From Octopus bimaculoides (lineage: Eukaryota), in NCBI RefSeq assembly GCF_001194135.2, contig NC_068988.1, positions 13,250,650 to 13,314,649 on the forward strand: a stretch of DNA of 64,000 bases. Direction: 5' to 3'. Positions within the stretch are counted from its first letter, which is position 1. Every line of letters starts with the position of its first letter. This document shows positions 1-13,676 of this stretch, in pieces. The translations under genes and the position numbers were made by a program. The notes below the pieces were generated by a model, which was not told where the DNA came from, did no database searches, and saw only the letters and a program-made list of their open reading frames with translations.

Positions 1-37
<37 letters not shown>

Positions 38-480
38 ATTAGTCCCACTGTGCAGCACTGAGCAAATGTCTTCTACAATAGCCACAGGCCCACTGAAGTA
101 TTGGAAGCCCCCTTTGAGTGTGTGTGTAGTGGTGGTGGTATTTATATATGTATATATTCATGAGTTTATGTACTGAAATATATGTACATGTGTATGTACA
201 GAAACTGTAAAACTCCTGGTTTTTGTGTATGCATATATGTATGTGGATGTTTGTGCTTGTGTGTGTGTATATCTTTGTCTTGATGTCACATGATGGCTGT
301 AAATGAATACCAACGTCATGCAGGCAATGTTGTTTATTTCCAGTCTTCCATGAGAAATGTATCTGACTTTTGCAAATGTTACCTTGCTTGGAAACAGGTG
401 CATCCAACTATAGAGAATCTGCCTCAGTAAATTCCATCTGACCCATGTAAGCATGAATAAATGGACATTTGATGATGATG
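38..480 (+). mobile_element. tRNA-derived SINE with RTE-type tail (5' truncated)
   Basis: agtcccactgtgcagcac..gcaaatgtcttct head; gtcttgatgtcacatgatgg body; ends catgaataaatggacatttgatgatgatg. The same family occurs at 51662-52070. Confidence 0.8.
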
Positions 481-1924
481 AAATCTTTATATATAAATCC
501 AAAAAACAGAATAAGGACATGACTGATGACAAAACATACAGACAGAAAGACAATACAAAGACGGACACGAAAAACCAGAACAGATTATTTGTGGCCTTCT
601 TTTCATGAGTCAAGTTTCCAATTATCATTACAGTTTCGGCCTGAAACTGTTCAAAATTGGTAGGCCCCAAAAATCTATGCTAAGAGCATTATCTTTCTGG
701 AAGAAAGCAAGCAAATGTGTAAAACAGGCAAAGAACTGGTATCGAGTTAGATTATGACATTTATATCTTTAATCATGGCGGTTGAATTGTTAAAGGAATA
801 GAGATCATAAGGAGGAAGGAAATAAATAGGTGTGCAGAATGTCTCTCACAGCTGTTTCAAGAACAGATGTACAGATGATGCATCTTATGCAAATAAATGG
901 TAGCTATCCATATAACAGCAGTCGATTCCATTATTGAAAGGAGATTGAGATATAGCAGAGGATGATGGAATAGATCACTGCTGCTGTTTGTTTTGGACAA
1001 GGCGCATCTATTCTTGAAATAGCTGTAAAAGACTGTCTGCACACATTATTACTTCCTTCTTATCATCTGTACTCATGTAACAACTTAACCATCATATCTA
1101 AAGATATGTCATAATCTAACCTGATACCCATTGTTTGCTTGTTTATACTTTTATTCTGTTGTGTAGGTACCTGCTCAGTTGATAAAATTTTTTATAGCTA
1201 ATTGTCATAAGGCAGTTTATAACATCCCTGCTTTTAGCTGCAGTTTAAATTGGAGTCTTAAGCAGCAAATCAACCTTGAGTACTAACTGTATGTAACTAT
1301 TTTTATGCCATCAGACATGACATTACTTGAATTCTATCTTTATGTATTATGTATTCTGTATTCTTCATGGTGGTACAAAACAGATGAGAGCTAAGGATCC
1401 AACTCTGATAGATCCCAACCTACTCACTAAATTCATTAACTCTCACCTGGTTTAACTGCCTTTACAAACATAGTTTTACAACCCTTATTAGCCATTCCTC
1501 TACTAGCTTCTTTTGTGCCCACTAGATGACACAACAAGAGACTAAGTCAATGATATTTTTCACATCTACAAATGCTAGGCATAGAGGCTTATTTCTAGCT
1601 AAATATTTCTCTGGCATTTATCTCACTAGGAAGATGGCATCAGTGATTCTTCATAGTGATACAAAACCAAACCATGTCCCTTGTAGGTTAATCTTACTTC
1701 AAATCAACTTTGCTGTAACTCCTTTACCTTTATAACAGTTTACAATAATCATTTCTATTATAGGCACAAGGCCTAAAATTTGTGGGGAGGGTGTAAGTCA
1801 ATTATATTGATCCCCCAGTGTTTAACTGGTACCTATTTAATCGACCCGATAATGCTGCTATGTCAGCCACTAGATATGACACTCTTTTATTACCTGATTA
1901 ACTCTTTGAGTGACTAAACCATAA

Positions 1925-2280
1925 CCTTCTTCACCAGATATTTTGAGCATCTGTGACTGTTTCCCTCTGGCCAGCTATTTTCCCTGCTTTCATATCCTTA
2001 ACACCTTATCCATCTTGTCTACTTGAGTGGCTGGTCCCTGTCACGAGTCTTTTTGGGACAGACTCCCTCCCTCTCATGTATTCTCCACATTCAACAGCTC
2101 ATAGTTGCACTTCAATAGTCTTTCTTTTCAGTGTCAGTGAGAGTAAGTGTGCCATTATCATTTTGTTTACAGGCCTCCCTTATGATATCTTATTTCCCTT
2201 TAGTACATTATTTCACTATTCTGAACATCTTGTGCCACTGATCCTCATACTGCAAAACACAAACTGCTTCTCCCTCTGCC
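1925..2280 (-). mobile_element. Decayed RTE LINE fragment (EN-RT linker)
   Basis: The minus strand reads YELLNVENT..GSLSQKDS*QGPA..MDKV..K.GK..QMLKISGEEG, similar to RTE LLNVEN..EGPA..MK.GKA.GP..EMLK. Confidence 0.65.
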
Positions 2281-2319
2281 TAAATGTATTCGATGTCTAA
2301 CCTCGCGCACGCGTGTGTG

Positions 2320-2636
2320 TGTGTATGTATGTATGTATGTATGTATGTATGTATGTATGTATATATGTATATGTTTATGTGTATGTATATATGTGTGTGT
2401 ATGAATATGTGTGTGTATATGTATGTATATGTGTGTATATGTATGTATATGTGTATATATGTATCTATATGTGTGTATATATGTATATGTGTGTATGTAT
2501 GTATATGTGTGTGTATTTATGTATGCGTATGTATTTTTGTATATGTGTGTGTATATGTATGCATATGTGTGTGTATGTATATGTATGTGTGTTTGTGTGT
2601 GTGTGTATGTATATTTATTTATGTGTGTGTGTACAT
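2320..2636. repeat. Compound (TG)/(TA)/(TATG) microsatellite; similar tracts at 1-36, 5573-5683, 23345-23429, 52460-52501, 53155-53226
   Basis: Read directly from the sequence. Confidence 0.95.
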
Positions 2637-3040
2637 TACCTTGCCTTGCTTTAGACCCTCAGTATCTTTGTGGAATCGTAAGGGTGGCATCATCACATAT
2701 AACATGTCTTGGGCAAAGCCTAACCCACTCTAGGTTTGATGATAGTCAATTTTTTCCAGAAGAGAGAAAGTCACACAGACAGAAAGAAGGTGGGAGAAAG
2801 AGAAGTGCTTTTGTCATGAACAAAAATATAAAAACAATTTAAGAGCAGATGCTAACTACAGATCTATTAGATAGAAAGTCAGCTACTTATCACCCATAGA
2901 AGGTCAGCTACTTATCATCCTTGCTTTTAATGTTGTGGTCATTGTTTAACCTTCGGTCTGCTTTAGTCAAGCAAAGTCATGTTCAAAGGTGTTCCAGTCA
3001 TTACTACATTGTGTCCATCATTTCTTTAAAACAGTCAGAT

Positions 3041-3190
3041 GTGCAACTATGAGGGGCTGTTGAATGTGGAGAACACGTGGGAGAGAGGGAGTCTGTCCCA
3101 AGTAGACTCATGACAGGGACCAGCCACTCAAGAGAAGATGGATAGGGTGTTAAGGATATAGAAGCAGAGAAAATAGCTGGCCAGAAGAAT
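3041..3190 (+). mobile_element. Decayed RTE fragment, inverted copy of 1966-2110
   Basis: YEGLLNVENTWERGSLSQVDS*QGPA; the reverse complement aligns to 1966-2110 at ~85-90% by hand alignment. Confidence 0.7.
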
Positions 3191-3767
3191 TTGGCTGATA
3201 TTTCTTGCAGGTTGAGCAACTTTTAAGAGGCTCATTTGTTGGCTCGTGTCTCTTAAGGTTTATGTTATAGGTAATTTATAGTAAAGGAGATGAAAGCTTA
3301 AGTGAACCTTTCTAGGATGTTAACCTGAAGTTACAAGGTTTGTGGAAGAGTGGCATATCACTCAGTCAACATCTCCTCATGGAATTGAGCATCTACATTC
3401 ATTATAATTTGGTTTGCCTTATCATTCATTTGAATATACTCTTTTACTCTTGCTTCAGTGTTTCAAATACAGTCTTTCTTCTAAGCCTCCAACAGAATTG
3501 TTTCAGGTTCTAAAATCAGAGGCTTTTTTTTTATTTTACTGAAAACATGTTGATCTAATTGTTTCATGAAATCATATATTGTGATATATTACCAGTTTTC
3601 AGTCAAACCGTCTGAACCATGCTAGCATGGAAAATGGACGTTAAATGATGATAATGATATGGTTGAGTTATATCAATGTTAATGCTTTGTAAATAATCTA
3701 ATTTTAGCTACAGGTAATGATTTTACAGCTGTAGAAACTTGCATTGGTGATCAAAAATCTACCTACC

Positions 3768-3952
3768 TACCATATTTGATGGCATAAAGGACTTACAAAC
3801 ATATTAGACACACCCTAATTTCAGGAGCACATATTCAGGAAAATGGCTTTTAGTACATTAAAACTTATGGAGGCTCAAATTCACAAATAAGACCTGGGTG
3901 ATTTTTTTTTTTTTTTTGAAGAAGTGTGTTTTATATGTCTTCAAAAACAGTA
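3768..3952. mobile_element. Tigger/pogo-like MITE
   Basis: Degenerate termini taccatatttgatggcataaaggac ... gtgttttatatgtcttcaaaaacagta, resembling TACCGTATTT..CGG.GTATAAGAC-type TIRs with TA ends. Confidence 0.5.
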
Positions 3953-5591
3953 CTTGTTCAGAAGTTAATTTTCCCTCACATATGGTTTTCAGGTTCCAGT
4001 TTGTTCAAAATATGATAATCTGAAGAATTGTGAGCAAATATTTTTTTTAAAAAGAAAAGACATTCAATCATGAAATAGCATTGTTGTTGGCGAATTTGAA
4101 CCAAGTTTGTAAATCAATAAAAACAACACTTTGCAATTTGTTAAAACCACTCCTTGAATTATTTAGGAAATTTGTTTCATACATTGTCATTCAAACTTTA
4201 TATACCTAATCTTTGATTAGTTGAACTATCATAGTAGTTTATATTCAAGTGAGTATCTTTGTTTTTAAGATTAAAAACCCAAAATAAAATACGATGAATA
4301 CTTCAGACCACAGAGTATTGATCTAAGTCCTTGTCAGCTTAATCCCTCTTTGTTCATACTTCAAATTTCACCATAGTTTAACTTGCCTTTTACTTTTCCA
4401 GAGTCAGTATTTTATTAAGAGTCAATTTTATCAATCAGACTTCCAACACTAGAAAAATTTCTGTTGTACGTCATCAAAATATATAAAAAAATTTTAATCC
4501 AAATAAAAGGTGTTTTAAATAACATTTTATTTTTTCAATAGTTTAATACAACCTGCAGTCACAATTGTATAAAATATAGAGAACAGTGGCTTTCAAGTTA
4601 GAAAAGTAAAATACATAGAACTGTTTATATGAATCTTATAGAAGCTATCTTCAGTGAACATAACACAAAGTTGGGTTTTGGGGGAGGTGGTATTAACTGC
4701 TCAAATAATGGGTTCATTGATTTTTCAGGCTTATTTTTTTATTGTCTTGGTTTAGTAGTTTTCAAAAATAAACTTGATTACAAAATAGCATTCTGTGAAC
4801 TTTATTACCTTCCAGGTAGAGTTTGATTACTTAACCTAATCAAGTCTCTTATAACAGGATTATCTCAAGGAATCCAGAGGCTATTATAATTTTCAACAAC
4901 CAAATTCCCTCACTATAATTCATTATATTATTACTTTAACCAAAATGTACTAAAGTTTAAAAATGGATTAATCACACTTTCTTGCTAGGTTATTTAAATA
5001 AAGGGTCACAGTGTTAAATAAACTTAGCCATGAAGTGTTAAATTGATCTGATTATATTCGATTAGGATCAGCAGATTATTGAGGATAGTTGGCAATACTG
5101 AATTATTAATGAGTAGAAAATGTAATCCATTTTTCATACCTAAAATTCTTTTTAATGAGTAATTATTATTATTAATAATAGAAAAAAATTCTGTAGTTAC
5201 TAAAATTAATCTGTTCCATTTTGAAGTAAAACTCACATTTTGATCAAGTTAGTCCTTGTTCATTATCATGTCACATGCACATAAGTACATGTTGTTGAGT
5301 TCTGTTGCACCAGGCTCCAACTGTTTATTTTGGCCAGGTTTCTATGACTGGATGCACTTCCTAATGCCAACCACTTTGCTGAATGTACTGGGTGCTTTTT
5401 ACAAGGCATCAGCATGGGTGGTTTTTACGTGGAACCAGAACATAAATATATCTGTAAATACATTAACCAATGTATTCTTTGTTTTAAGATAGAAGGATAT
5501 AATTTGAGTTAGATTGGCTGTTAGTTCTTGGTAATGAAGCAACTATGTAGGAGCTTCATCTTTGGTTTATATGTGTGTGTGTGTGTATGTA

Positions 5592-5643
<52 letters not shown>

Positions 5644-6870
5644 TATAATGTATGTATGTATGTATGTATGTATGTATGTATATGCGACAAATATATGTAT
5701 TTGTGGTACCTGATAACAAACAAATTAAACTGCTGAACCTGACATTTATTGAGCATCCACAGTTGGAGCAGTAATTCAGACAAGTGAAAATCTGTCTTCT
5801 ACTTTTTTTTTGTTCTGGATGTTTCAGGATCCAATCTGCCAAATTATTTCTCAAAATTATTTCTCAACCAGACACTGCAATACACCAATATCTGATAAAA
5901 GATTATTCTGCGGCCTTAGAATTATTTTGACAATATATATATAACTAATGATCAGGTTTAAGGGTGTAAAATTCAAACTTCTCACAAAATACAGTAAATC
6001 TTCCTCTTATCTGAATGAAAAACTCTTAACTTTTCTGTGTAGGTTACTGATCATTCATTATTCTCAACATTAAACCTATTTGTCCTCCTGCCTGGCTGTC
6101 AGAATCCAACTTTGAGAATATTCATGTGAAGGAGTATTAGTTTTCAATTCTTTCAGTTTTTCTTTTCAATTTAGTTCAGAACACTGAACATATCATTATA
6201 TTCTGAACAAGGTTTAGACCTCATTAAGTATCTCAAACCAAAAATATAGAATAAGGATTTTTTTTAAAGTTTTTTTTTTGTTTCCAAATGAAACAGAATG
6301 GATAGATATCTTTAGAATCTTTACAATGGGCTCTGTTTTAGTTTGGTAACTAAAGGTTTCATAAAACAGTTAATTTTTCCCATCTTTTTTAGTAATCGTA
6401 ATGGCCAATGGAAGATATTTTCTGAATGGTCAATAAATTGATATGGCAACAGTAATAAAGAATATTAGCATGATTGTATACTCTCTCTTAAGTGCATCCA
6501 ATTATCATTGTCATTATAACTATAGTCACCATGACTATTATTATTAGAACTACCACAAGGAACAATGAATGGTAGACTAAATGTCTTGAATTGTTTAATT
6601 ACATTTTTTTTCATTCTATATTTTAAAATCTTCTTTTCATCTTCTAGGATTTATAAAGTAATTATCTGTAATGTATCAGTAATTATAAAATGTTTTGTCA
6701 ACTATAACCCCATCTACAAATTGGTGACCTTGTGCCAAAATTATAAAAGCATATTATACTTATCACTAACAAATTTGATTGCTGTTGTGGCCGGTTGTTG
6801 ACATTAATTTTACCAAAACCTAAATTGTACAAATTTCATTAATTATCATTAATCACCATTTTCCTTGCAG

Positions 6871-7095
6871 ATGGCATCAGCAAATGACTCCAAGTGGCAA
6901 AAAGATGCAGCAGACCAGAACTTTGACTACATGTTCAAATTGCTCATTATTGGCAACAGTAGTGTTGGAAAAACTTCCTTTTTATTCCGATATGCTGATG
7001 ACTCGTTCACATCTGCTTTTGTAAGCACAGTTGGAATAGATTTTAAAGTCAAGACAGTCTTCAGACAAGATAAACGGGTAAAGCTACAGATATGG
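6871..7095 (+). CDS. Rab3: Rab3 small GTPase, coding exon 1 (75 codons)
   Basis: ttccttgcAG acceptor directly before the ATG. Encodes [75 protein letters not shown], with the P-loop GNSSVGKT and the Rab3 effector region. GTGAGT donor at 7096. Confidence 0.98.
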
Positions 7096-7663
7096 GTGAG
7101 TATGATTTAATCAACTTTTATTCTTCTCTTATGCCTTTATTTTTTTTTTTTTAATAGAAAATAGATGCAACTCATTGATTAGCTCAAAAAAGAAGTTAAT
7201 TCCTTTTTTGAATGGATAGTGTCTTTAGAATTTCAAATATCTTTAATAGTTCCTTTCTTTTTGTCATTAAAAACACTGTGACTGGTGATTAAAGTTTGCT
7301 TTATTTTATTTATTTATTTTTTTATTAAACTTACTGTATGACTTATACATGGGGTAAAGCTGATATCAAGTTTGAGTATGAGAGGGAAAATCTTTGTATC
7401 CTGATTTAATGCTAAATTAGAGGTGTGACCTATACACAAGTGCAACTTGTATGCAAGGTACAATGATAAATATAAGTTCAAACATTGCTTGTTAGTTCTT
7501 AATTTATTCTTTTTAAAAATGATGGGTTTCATTTTTATTTCAAATTATGAAAGTCCATCCATGAAGTTTGACTTTTTGTCTTTTTATAATGTCTAAAACA
7601 AGTTAAATTTACTTGAAAAAAACATTAAAGCTCCTACAGAACATTTTCAAATTATACTTTTAA

Positions 7664-7816
7664 CCCTTTAGCATTCAGATTACCCTGTCAAATCTAATGC
7701 TTATTTATTCACATTGTTTTGAATTTGAGATTTCAATGACATGATTGCCTATTTTCAGAATGACATTGTAGGGTAGGTGCAAGAGGCTGAGTATGGCTGG
7801 TATAAATGCTTAAGGG
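7664..7816. mobile_element. piggyBac-like MITE
   Basis: TTAA-CCCTTTAGCATT ... AATGCTTAAGGG-CTAA: 12-bp TIR and a TTAA-type TSD. Confidence 0.75.
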
Positions 7817-8305
7817 CTAATGATGGTTTTATTCATTTTCCCCTCATCCCTGCTAGAATCACTAATAATAGTATATAATAGCCAACAAAAAGTTGTTATA
7901 ACAAACAGCTGTTATAATGTGGCAGAAAAAGAAAACATCACACAAATACGTTGTATTTGATGTCTTCAGGTGAAATACTGTAGTTGTTAGCTAACATTTG
8001 TTATCTTCAGTCAATTGACCATGTCCATGATTTTCATCATTGAACATTTGCCAAAACAAAACATTGTAGATTATAGATAAAGCATGTATTTGTTTAATCC
8101 TATTTTTTTTCCTCCTGAATTGAAGCCAAGTGTTCAGAGATGGTGTTTCTATAATATTGGTTTGGTGGCTTGTTTCAGGAATCTGCAACAATGAAGCTAA
8201 AGAGATTGTCTTATACTGTTAACATGGAACTGAAGATAACTTCTCCACAAATTGCTCTACCTGTAATTGGGTGCTTCAAGTAAATCGCCTATGCAGATAT
8301 ATATA

Positions 8306-8507
8306 NNNNNNNNNNNNNNNNNNNNNNNNNNNNNNNNNNNNNNNNNNNNNNNNNNNNNNNNNNNNNNNNNNNNNNNNNNNNNNNNNNNNNNNNNNNNNNN
8401 NNNNNNNNNNNNNNNNNNNNNNNNNNNNNNNNNNNNNNNNNNNNNNNNNNNNNNNNNNNNNNNNNNNNNNNNNNNNNNNNNNNNNNNNNNNNNNNNNNNN
8501 NNNNNNN
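8306..8507. other. Assembly gap; other N runs at 24527-24907, 32389-32452, 47562-47901, 55343-55366
   Basis: N runs, mostly flanked by simple repeats. Confidence 1.
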
Positions 8508-8554
8508 ATATATATATATATAATGATCCTTACTATATCCCTAAATGTAAGTCA

Positions 8555-8922
8555 TGATGGCACCTGTGCCCACTGTCGCCTTTCTGGCACTTGTGCTCGC
8601 TAATTGTGTAAGGACTTTCGAGCAAGATCGTTGCCAGTGACCCTGGACTGGCTCTTGTGCGGGTAGCACATGAAATACACCATTTTGAGCGTGGCCTTTG
8701 CCAGTATCGCCTGACTGGCCTTCGTGCCAGTGATACGTAAAAGCACCTACTACACTCTCAGAGTGGTTGGCATTAGGAAGGGCATCCAGCTGTAGAAACT
8801 CTGCCAAATCAGATTGGAGCCTGGTGTAGCCTTCGGGTTCCACCAGTCCTCAGTCAAATCGTCCAACCCATGCTAGCATGGAAAGTGGACGTTAAACGAT
8901 GATGATGATGATGATGATGATG
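8555..8922 (+). mobile_element. 5'-truncated RTE 3' UTR retroposon
   Basis: gtggttggcattaggaagggcatccagctgtagaaac..ccaacccatgctagcatggaaagtggacgttaaac(GAT)n; same tail as the RTE ORF copy at 50030-50615. Confidence 0.85.
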
Positions 8923-10429
8923 TAACCCTTAACATGCCATAGAGTAAGTGCATGAAACTGGCTTCTCCAGTCATGTCAAATACATGATTAACAACTCAAA
9001 GAGAACAAAAGGATGAAAGATGATGAAAAAATGAGAAGCAGCTCCATCAGCTACCTCCACCTCCATTTACTCAGCTTGTAGTCCTGACCCATTTTAGCTT
9101 TGTATTTATTAAGATGAAACATCCCTAATATCACTGTATGTGTATTCTTTTATCTAGTCAGCTATTATCATCAGCACGATTGTAAAATTGATCTTTCATA
9201 GATTTTGTTCATTGAGCAACTGTGTGATTAGGTTTTCTATTTGTTGCTTTATACAAATAACTCTTCATTTTTACCTTTTTTTTTATTTTTCAATTTGCAC
9301 CCTCAGTGACCAGACAATATTACTTCTTACAAAATAGAGGTAAGCCTAATTACAAATAAGGATCAAATATGAATAACCTTGATGGCAGAGTGGGCCATGC
9401 AATATTATTGATATTGGTTATGTTGGAAGTGAAAGTGGTTATGATGATGATGATGATGAAGAGGAGGATAGCCATATGATTACTGATCACTTAGTGATCC
9501 AGGTGATAATGACTTCATTACTATCAAAACCACTTTTCCCTATCACATGGTGGTAGAGAAAAGTGGTCTTGGTAATAAGGCATTTTGTTTTTTAGTTATT
9601 TTTCTCTCAACTATGAAATCAATGTACTTGATCCAATAAAAATGCCCATCATATATTAGTAATTGTTGATCATTCAACAATGATGATCTCATTAAATGAA
9701 TATAGTTCATTGACAGACACTGCTGGGTTTCATAAGTTAGTAGTTGTGTTAATTCTGAATTATGAGTTTAATCCATAATAATGTCTTACTGTGCGATAGT
9801 CCTACTCACAAACAACTATTCATACTGTTATGGCACCACTCTTTTAAAGGACCTTCAAAAAGGAATTGCTTACAGTATATCAAATATAAAATGGCTACTA
9901 TAAACTGCCATAATCCAGACCATTAGGTCTTCTTCCATTTATGTTTTATTCAATTGCTGTTGAACAAAATTATATCATACTTAAGTTGATAATCTTCAGA
10001 GTAATTATGTAATTATATCTAAATTTGAAGTTATAATACGCTCTTCTTTAATTGGTTTATATATTATTACATAGTCAAAGTTTTGCTGTCCTTGCATACA
10101 ATAACTGAAATATAGTCACAACATTCAGATTATAAATATATTCTCTCTAATTCTCTTAAATATCAAAAGAAGTGGTTGAAAATAGAGGGGACTTAATAGT
10201 TAAATACTAAAATGCCTAGGTTATTTTTATATGGGTAAATGACTTAAAATTCTGAGTTAAGATTTAGCAAAGTTCGATAGGTTCACAACCTCTAGCTTTT
10301 CAAAATCACAATTAATGATGTTCCTGAAATAAAGAATCATGTAATGGATTTGTGAATTCCTACTACCCATGCATTGACTATTTGTCTTGTATAGGTTATA
10401 GGTTTGTTTAATTACAAAAGGTGCTTTCA

Positions 10430-10617
10430 TGAAATATATATGGCATGAAAAAAAGCACCCCTGTAAAGTGGTTGGTGTTAGGAAGGGCATCCAGCTGTAG
10501 AAACCATGCCAAAACTGACATTGGAGCTTGACAGAACCATGGGGTTTTTCAGGATCCTGTCAAACCATCCAACTCATGCCAGCATGGAAAATGGATGTTA
10601 AATGATGATGATGATGT
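10430..10617 (+). mobile_element. RTE-tail retroposon; further copies at ~3605-3657(+), 5290-5420(-), 10905-11100(-), 22330-22440(-), 27850-28020(-), 31170-31260(-), 33780-33965(-), 57050-57190(+), 61700-61900(-)
   Basis: Shared ggaagggcatccagctgtagaaacc...catgccagcatggaaaatggatgttaaatgatgatgat motif. Confidence 0.8.
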
Positions 10618-12099
10618 TGATATATCCACCTCATATAACAACAAATGCATATTCATTAACAACACAATAGCACATTTAAAAAAAAAATTATATTAACGTT
10701 TATGATACAAGTATATATGTGTGGAGTTTTTCCTGAACATAACCCATTTATTGATCCTATTATCTATGAAAATAATTTCAGCTGTTGTTTATTGCTATGA
10801 AATATTTTATTTTGTTTTCTAATAAAACTATTTGTTAATTTCTTCAAAAAAAAAAAACTGGTCATTTGCCACAAGTGAAATATCAGGGAATATATATATA
10901 TTATCATCATCATCATCATCATATGTCTACTTTCCCTGCTGGCATGAGTTGGATGGATTGTCACAGTTCAAATCAGTTCTTATTCAGAGTAACTACCTTT
11001 CTAGATTGATCACAGGATCATGTCTTACTCTCATACATTTAATTTTTATCTTAGTTTCTATAGCTGGATACCCTTCCAATCAACAACCTCTTTACATAGT
11101 GTACTGGAAATATATAAACATAAAATTATACTTGTATTGGATTGTAACGCGATAGAACAAAATTTCTCTCCTATCATTAATGACAATAGCTACAATAATT
11201 ATAAAACCATTATAAACATTACAAGGGATTGTGATGAGGGTTGAATGTGTGCAATTATTTGTCTATATTTTCAGGGTTTAGACAATTAATGTTTTGTATT
11301 AAAGTAGCCATAGCAGTAGTTACGCTTGTGTTACCAGAAAGACCTGTTCATATGAGTTCGTAAAAACAAAAGTATTCATTGAAAAGAAGGGCATAATCAA
11401 TTTCAATATCGATGAAACACTGACTGCATTGCTATTGATGTACTCCCTTTTCTTTTTTCTTGTTTTCCAATCATCCAGCAATTCAAGTTACTGTACTAAC
11501 AAACCACACTCTCTTGTTCTGTTGTTGCTCAGTTGTTTTCTCAAATCTAGATCACATTCTCTCCAATATCTACTGATAGAGAAAATGATATTTCATCAAT
11601 TATTTGATTTCCTCTAGTGTTTTAAAATGCCCTTCACTATCTGCACATCTCTTGGCTGAAATGTGGTGTGATTCTAAGCTTCTGCTGCCTTCCCAACTGT
11701 TGCACCATTTCAGCTTTTACTTACAGTACTGAGAGAATGGAAGTTAACATTATTGATTTCTCTCTCATCATGAGTTAGATATCATATAATAAAAAAAAAA
11801 GCATATAGCAATAACAATTTTGTTCTGACTATAAGGTTATAACTGTAAAGTTATCTGTTGACCAACTTTGCTAGTTTTGCTATATGAATAAATTCACTTT
11901 CAAATCTGCATAATTAGAATCATTGCTGCAAAGCCACCAATCTATTAGTTTATTATATGTCAGACTGCCACTTCTCTATAAAATTAGTAATTAGTATTCC
12001 AACAACTGTGGCTATCCTGCTCAGAGGTTTACAAGAATAAACGCCCACACACGCACATATTAGACAAGAATAATATTACTCATGTTTGAAACAGAATTG

Positions 12100-12760
12100 A
12101 AGAAATATTTATAAACACATACCCTATAAACTCTACCTCCATAAAACACAAAGGTTAAAATTTCTACATATTAATCATATTGCTTATAGAACAATGAACA
12201 TCTAGAGAGAAATATACAGACCAACAACCTTTACAACTACCCGTATCCTTTTGTAAACATCAAAGCAAAAGATGAACAAATTTCTATATTAACAACACCA
12301 TGATATACCAAACTAATAACCTCCACCTTCCAAATACAAACTGGAAATACTCTTAATAACTACAACAAGTAAAGAAACTGACCAGCTAAAACATACCACC
12401 TACTTACATTCTTTTGTGAACCCCTAAAAAATTCCATTACAAAAGTTGACACACCTAATTACTAAGTTTTTAAAAATCTGGACTAAACTTTGAACCTTTG
12501 ACCCTTACATTGTCAAAGCAAAGGATTAGCTTCAATAAAACTAGAAATAACAAAAACAAATGGCACATCCTATGCCCGCCTACCAAAAGGGACACACCTA
12601 AACATTCTCACCTGTTTACAAAATTCTACATACATGAATAAATTCTGAACAATAACATAACCCCAACTTTAGTCAATAAAAATTTTTCCATAACACCTCT
12701 CCATAACAAGTCACCCTAAAACCTAATTACCACTACACTCAAACCCACATATTGAAGGTA
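12100..12760 (+). mobile_element. Heavily decayed retroelement, possibly Penelope-like RT thumb/GIY-YIG
   Basis: Strong A/C skew; broken peptides (HIAYRTMNI, PTYI..FCEPLK, VYKI..NKF) loosely resemble Penelope ORF segments; many stops. Confidence 0.3.
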
Positions 12761-13591
12761 GATTTTAACATAACAAAAACTATATAAAGCCAAGATTAAC
12801 TCCAATGCAGCACTGTCAATAATATTCTTGTTTAAGAATAATGAATTTGTACTTTACTAAAGTTTGGAATAAGCCATCAGATTAATGTAAAATTGTTTTT
12901 ATTATAACTGAACATAAAAACAAATATATCCATAAACATACACATGCATGGATTAAGAAGCTGATTCATGAAGGTAACAGATTTGTTAAATATTAGAGGT
13001 GTTTTATACCAGCTAGGACTGACCTACATTAATTATTTTGTAAGTTTATTAAAACAGTAATTCAAACAATAGATAAATTATGCTTTCAAGTTTTTAAAAA
13101 ATATTTCAAACTATTGGGAAACCTCTGATATGTAATGAAAACAAAATTAAATTAGAATAGAATTTGAGTTAAAAAGTTTATTACATCATTAATGTTTATT
13201 ACAAAGGTATAAATGTTGCAGCTTCCCATTTTCCTTAATCTTAAAATATCTCCAGTGTCCTTTCTCTGGAAGAAACAACTGTTATTAAAATTAGGGTGGT
13301 AGATTTGATGCAATCCTAAGCAAGTTGTATTAGATGCTTTTATTAATATTTTTATCTTTTACTTGTTTCAGTCATTGGACTGCAACCATGCTGGGGCGCA
13401 CCACCTATATATATATAGAGAGAGAGAGAGAGACATATAATCATTTATGTATATATAATAAACACAAAGAATACTTGAGTAGCGTCTTTTGAAGTTCCTA
13501 CTTTTCTCAAATATAAAATTATAGACTGAGGTTAGGTACAATCTTATCTTTGGAAATGTCATATGATAAAAAAACATTTGCTCTATTTAAT

Positions 13592-13610
13592 CTCTCCCTC
13601 CCTCTATCTA

Positions 13611-13676
<66 letters not shown>

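Noticed and set aside
39-670. 122-aa and 170-aa minus-strand ORFs
   Set aside because: They overlap a SINE and simple repeats; no recognisable domain or splice context.
2284-2842. Long C/V/Y/M-rich ORFs (also 5528-5854, 51018-51355, 52996-53356)
   Set aside because: They are translations of microsatellites that lack stops; there is no coding signal.
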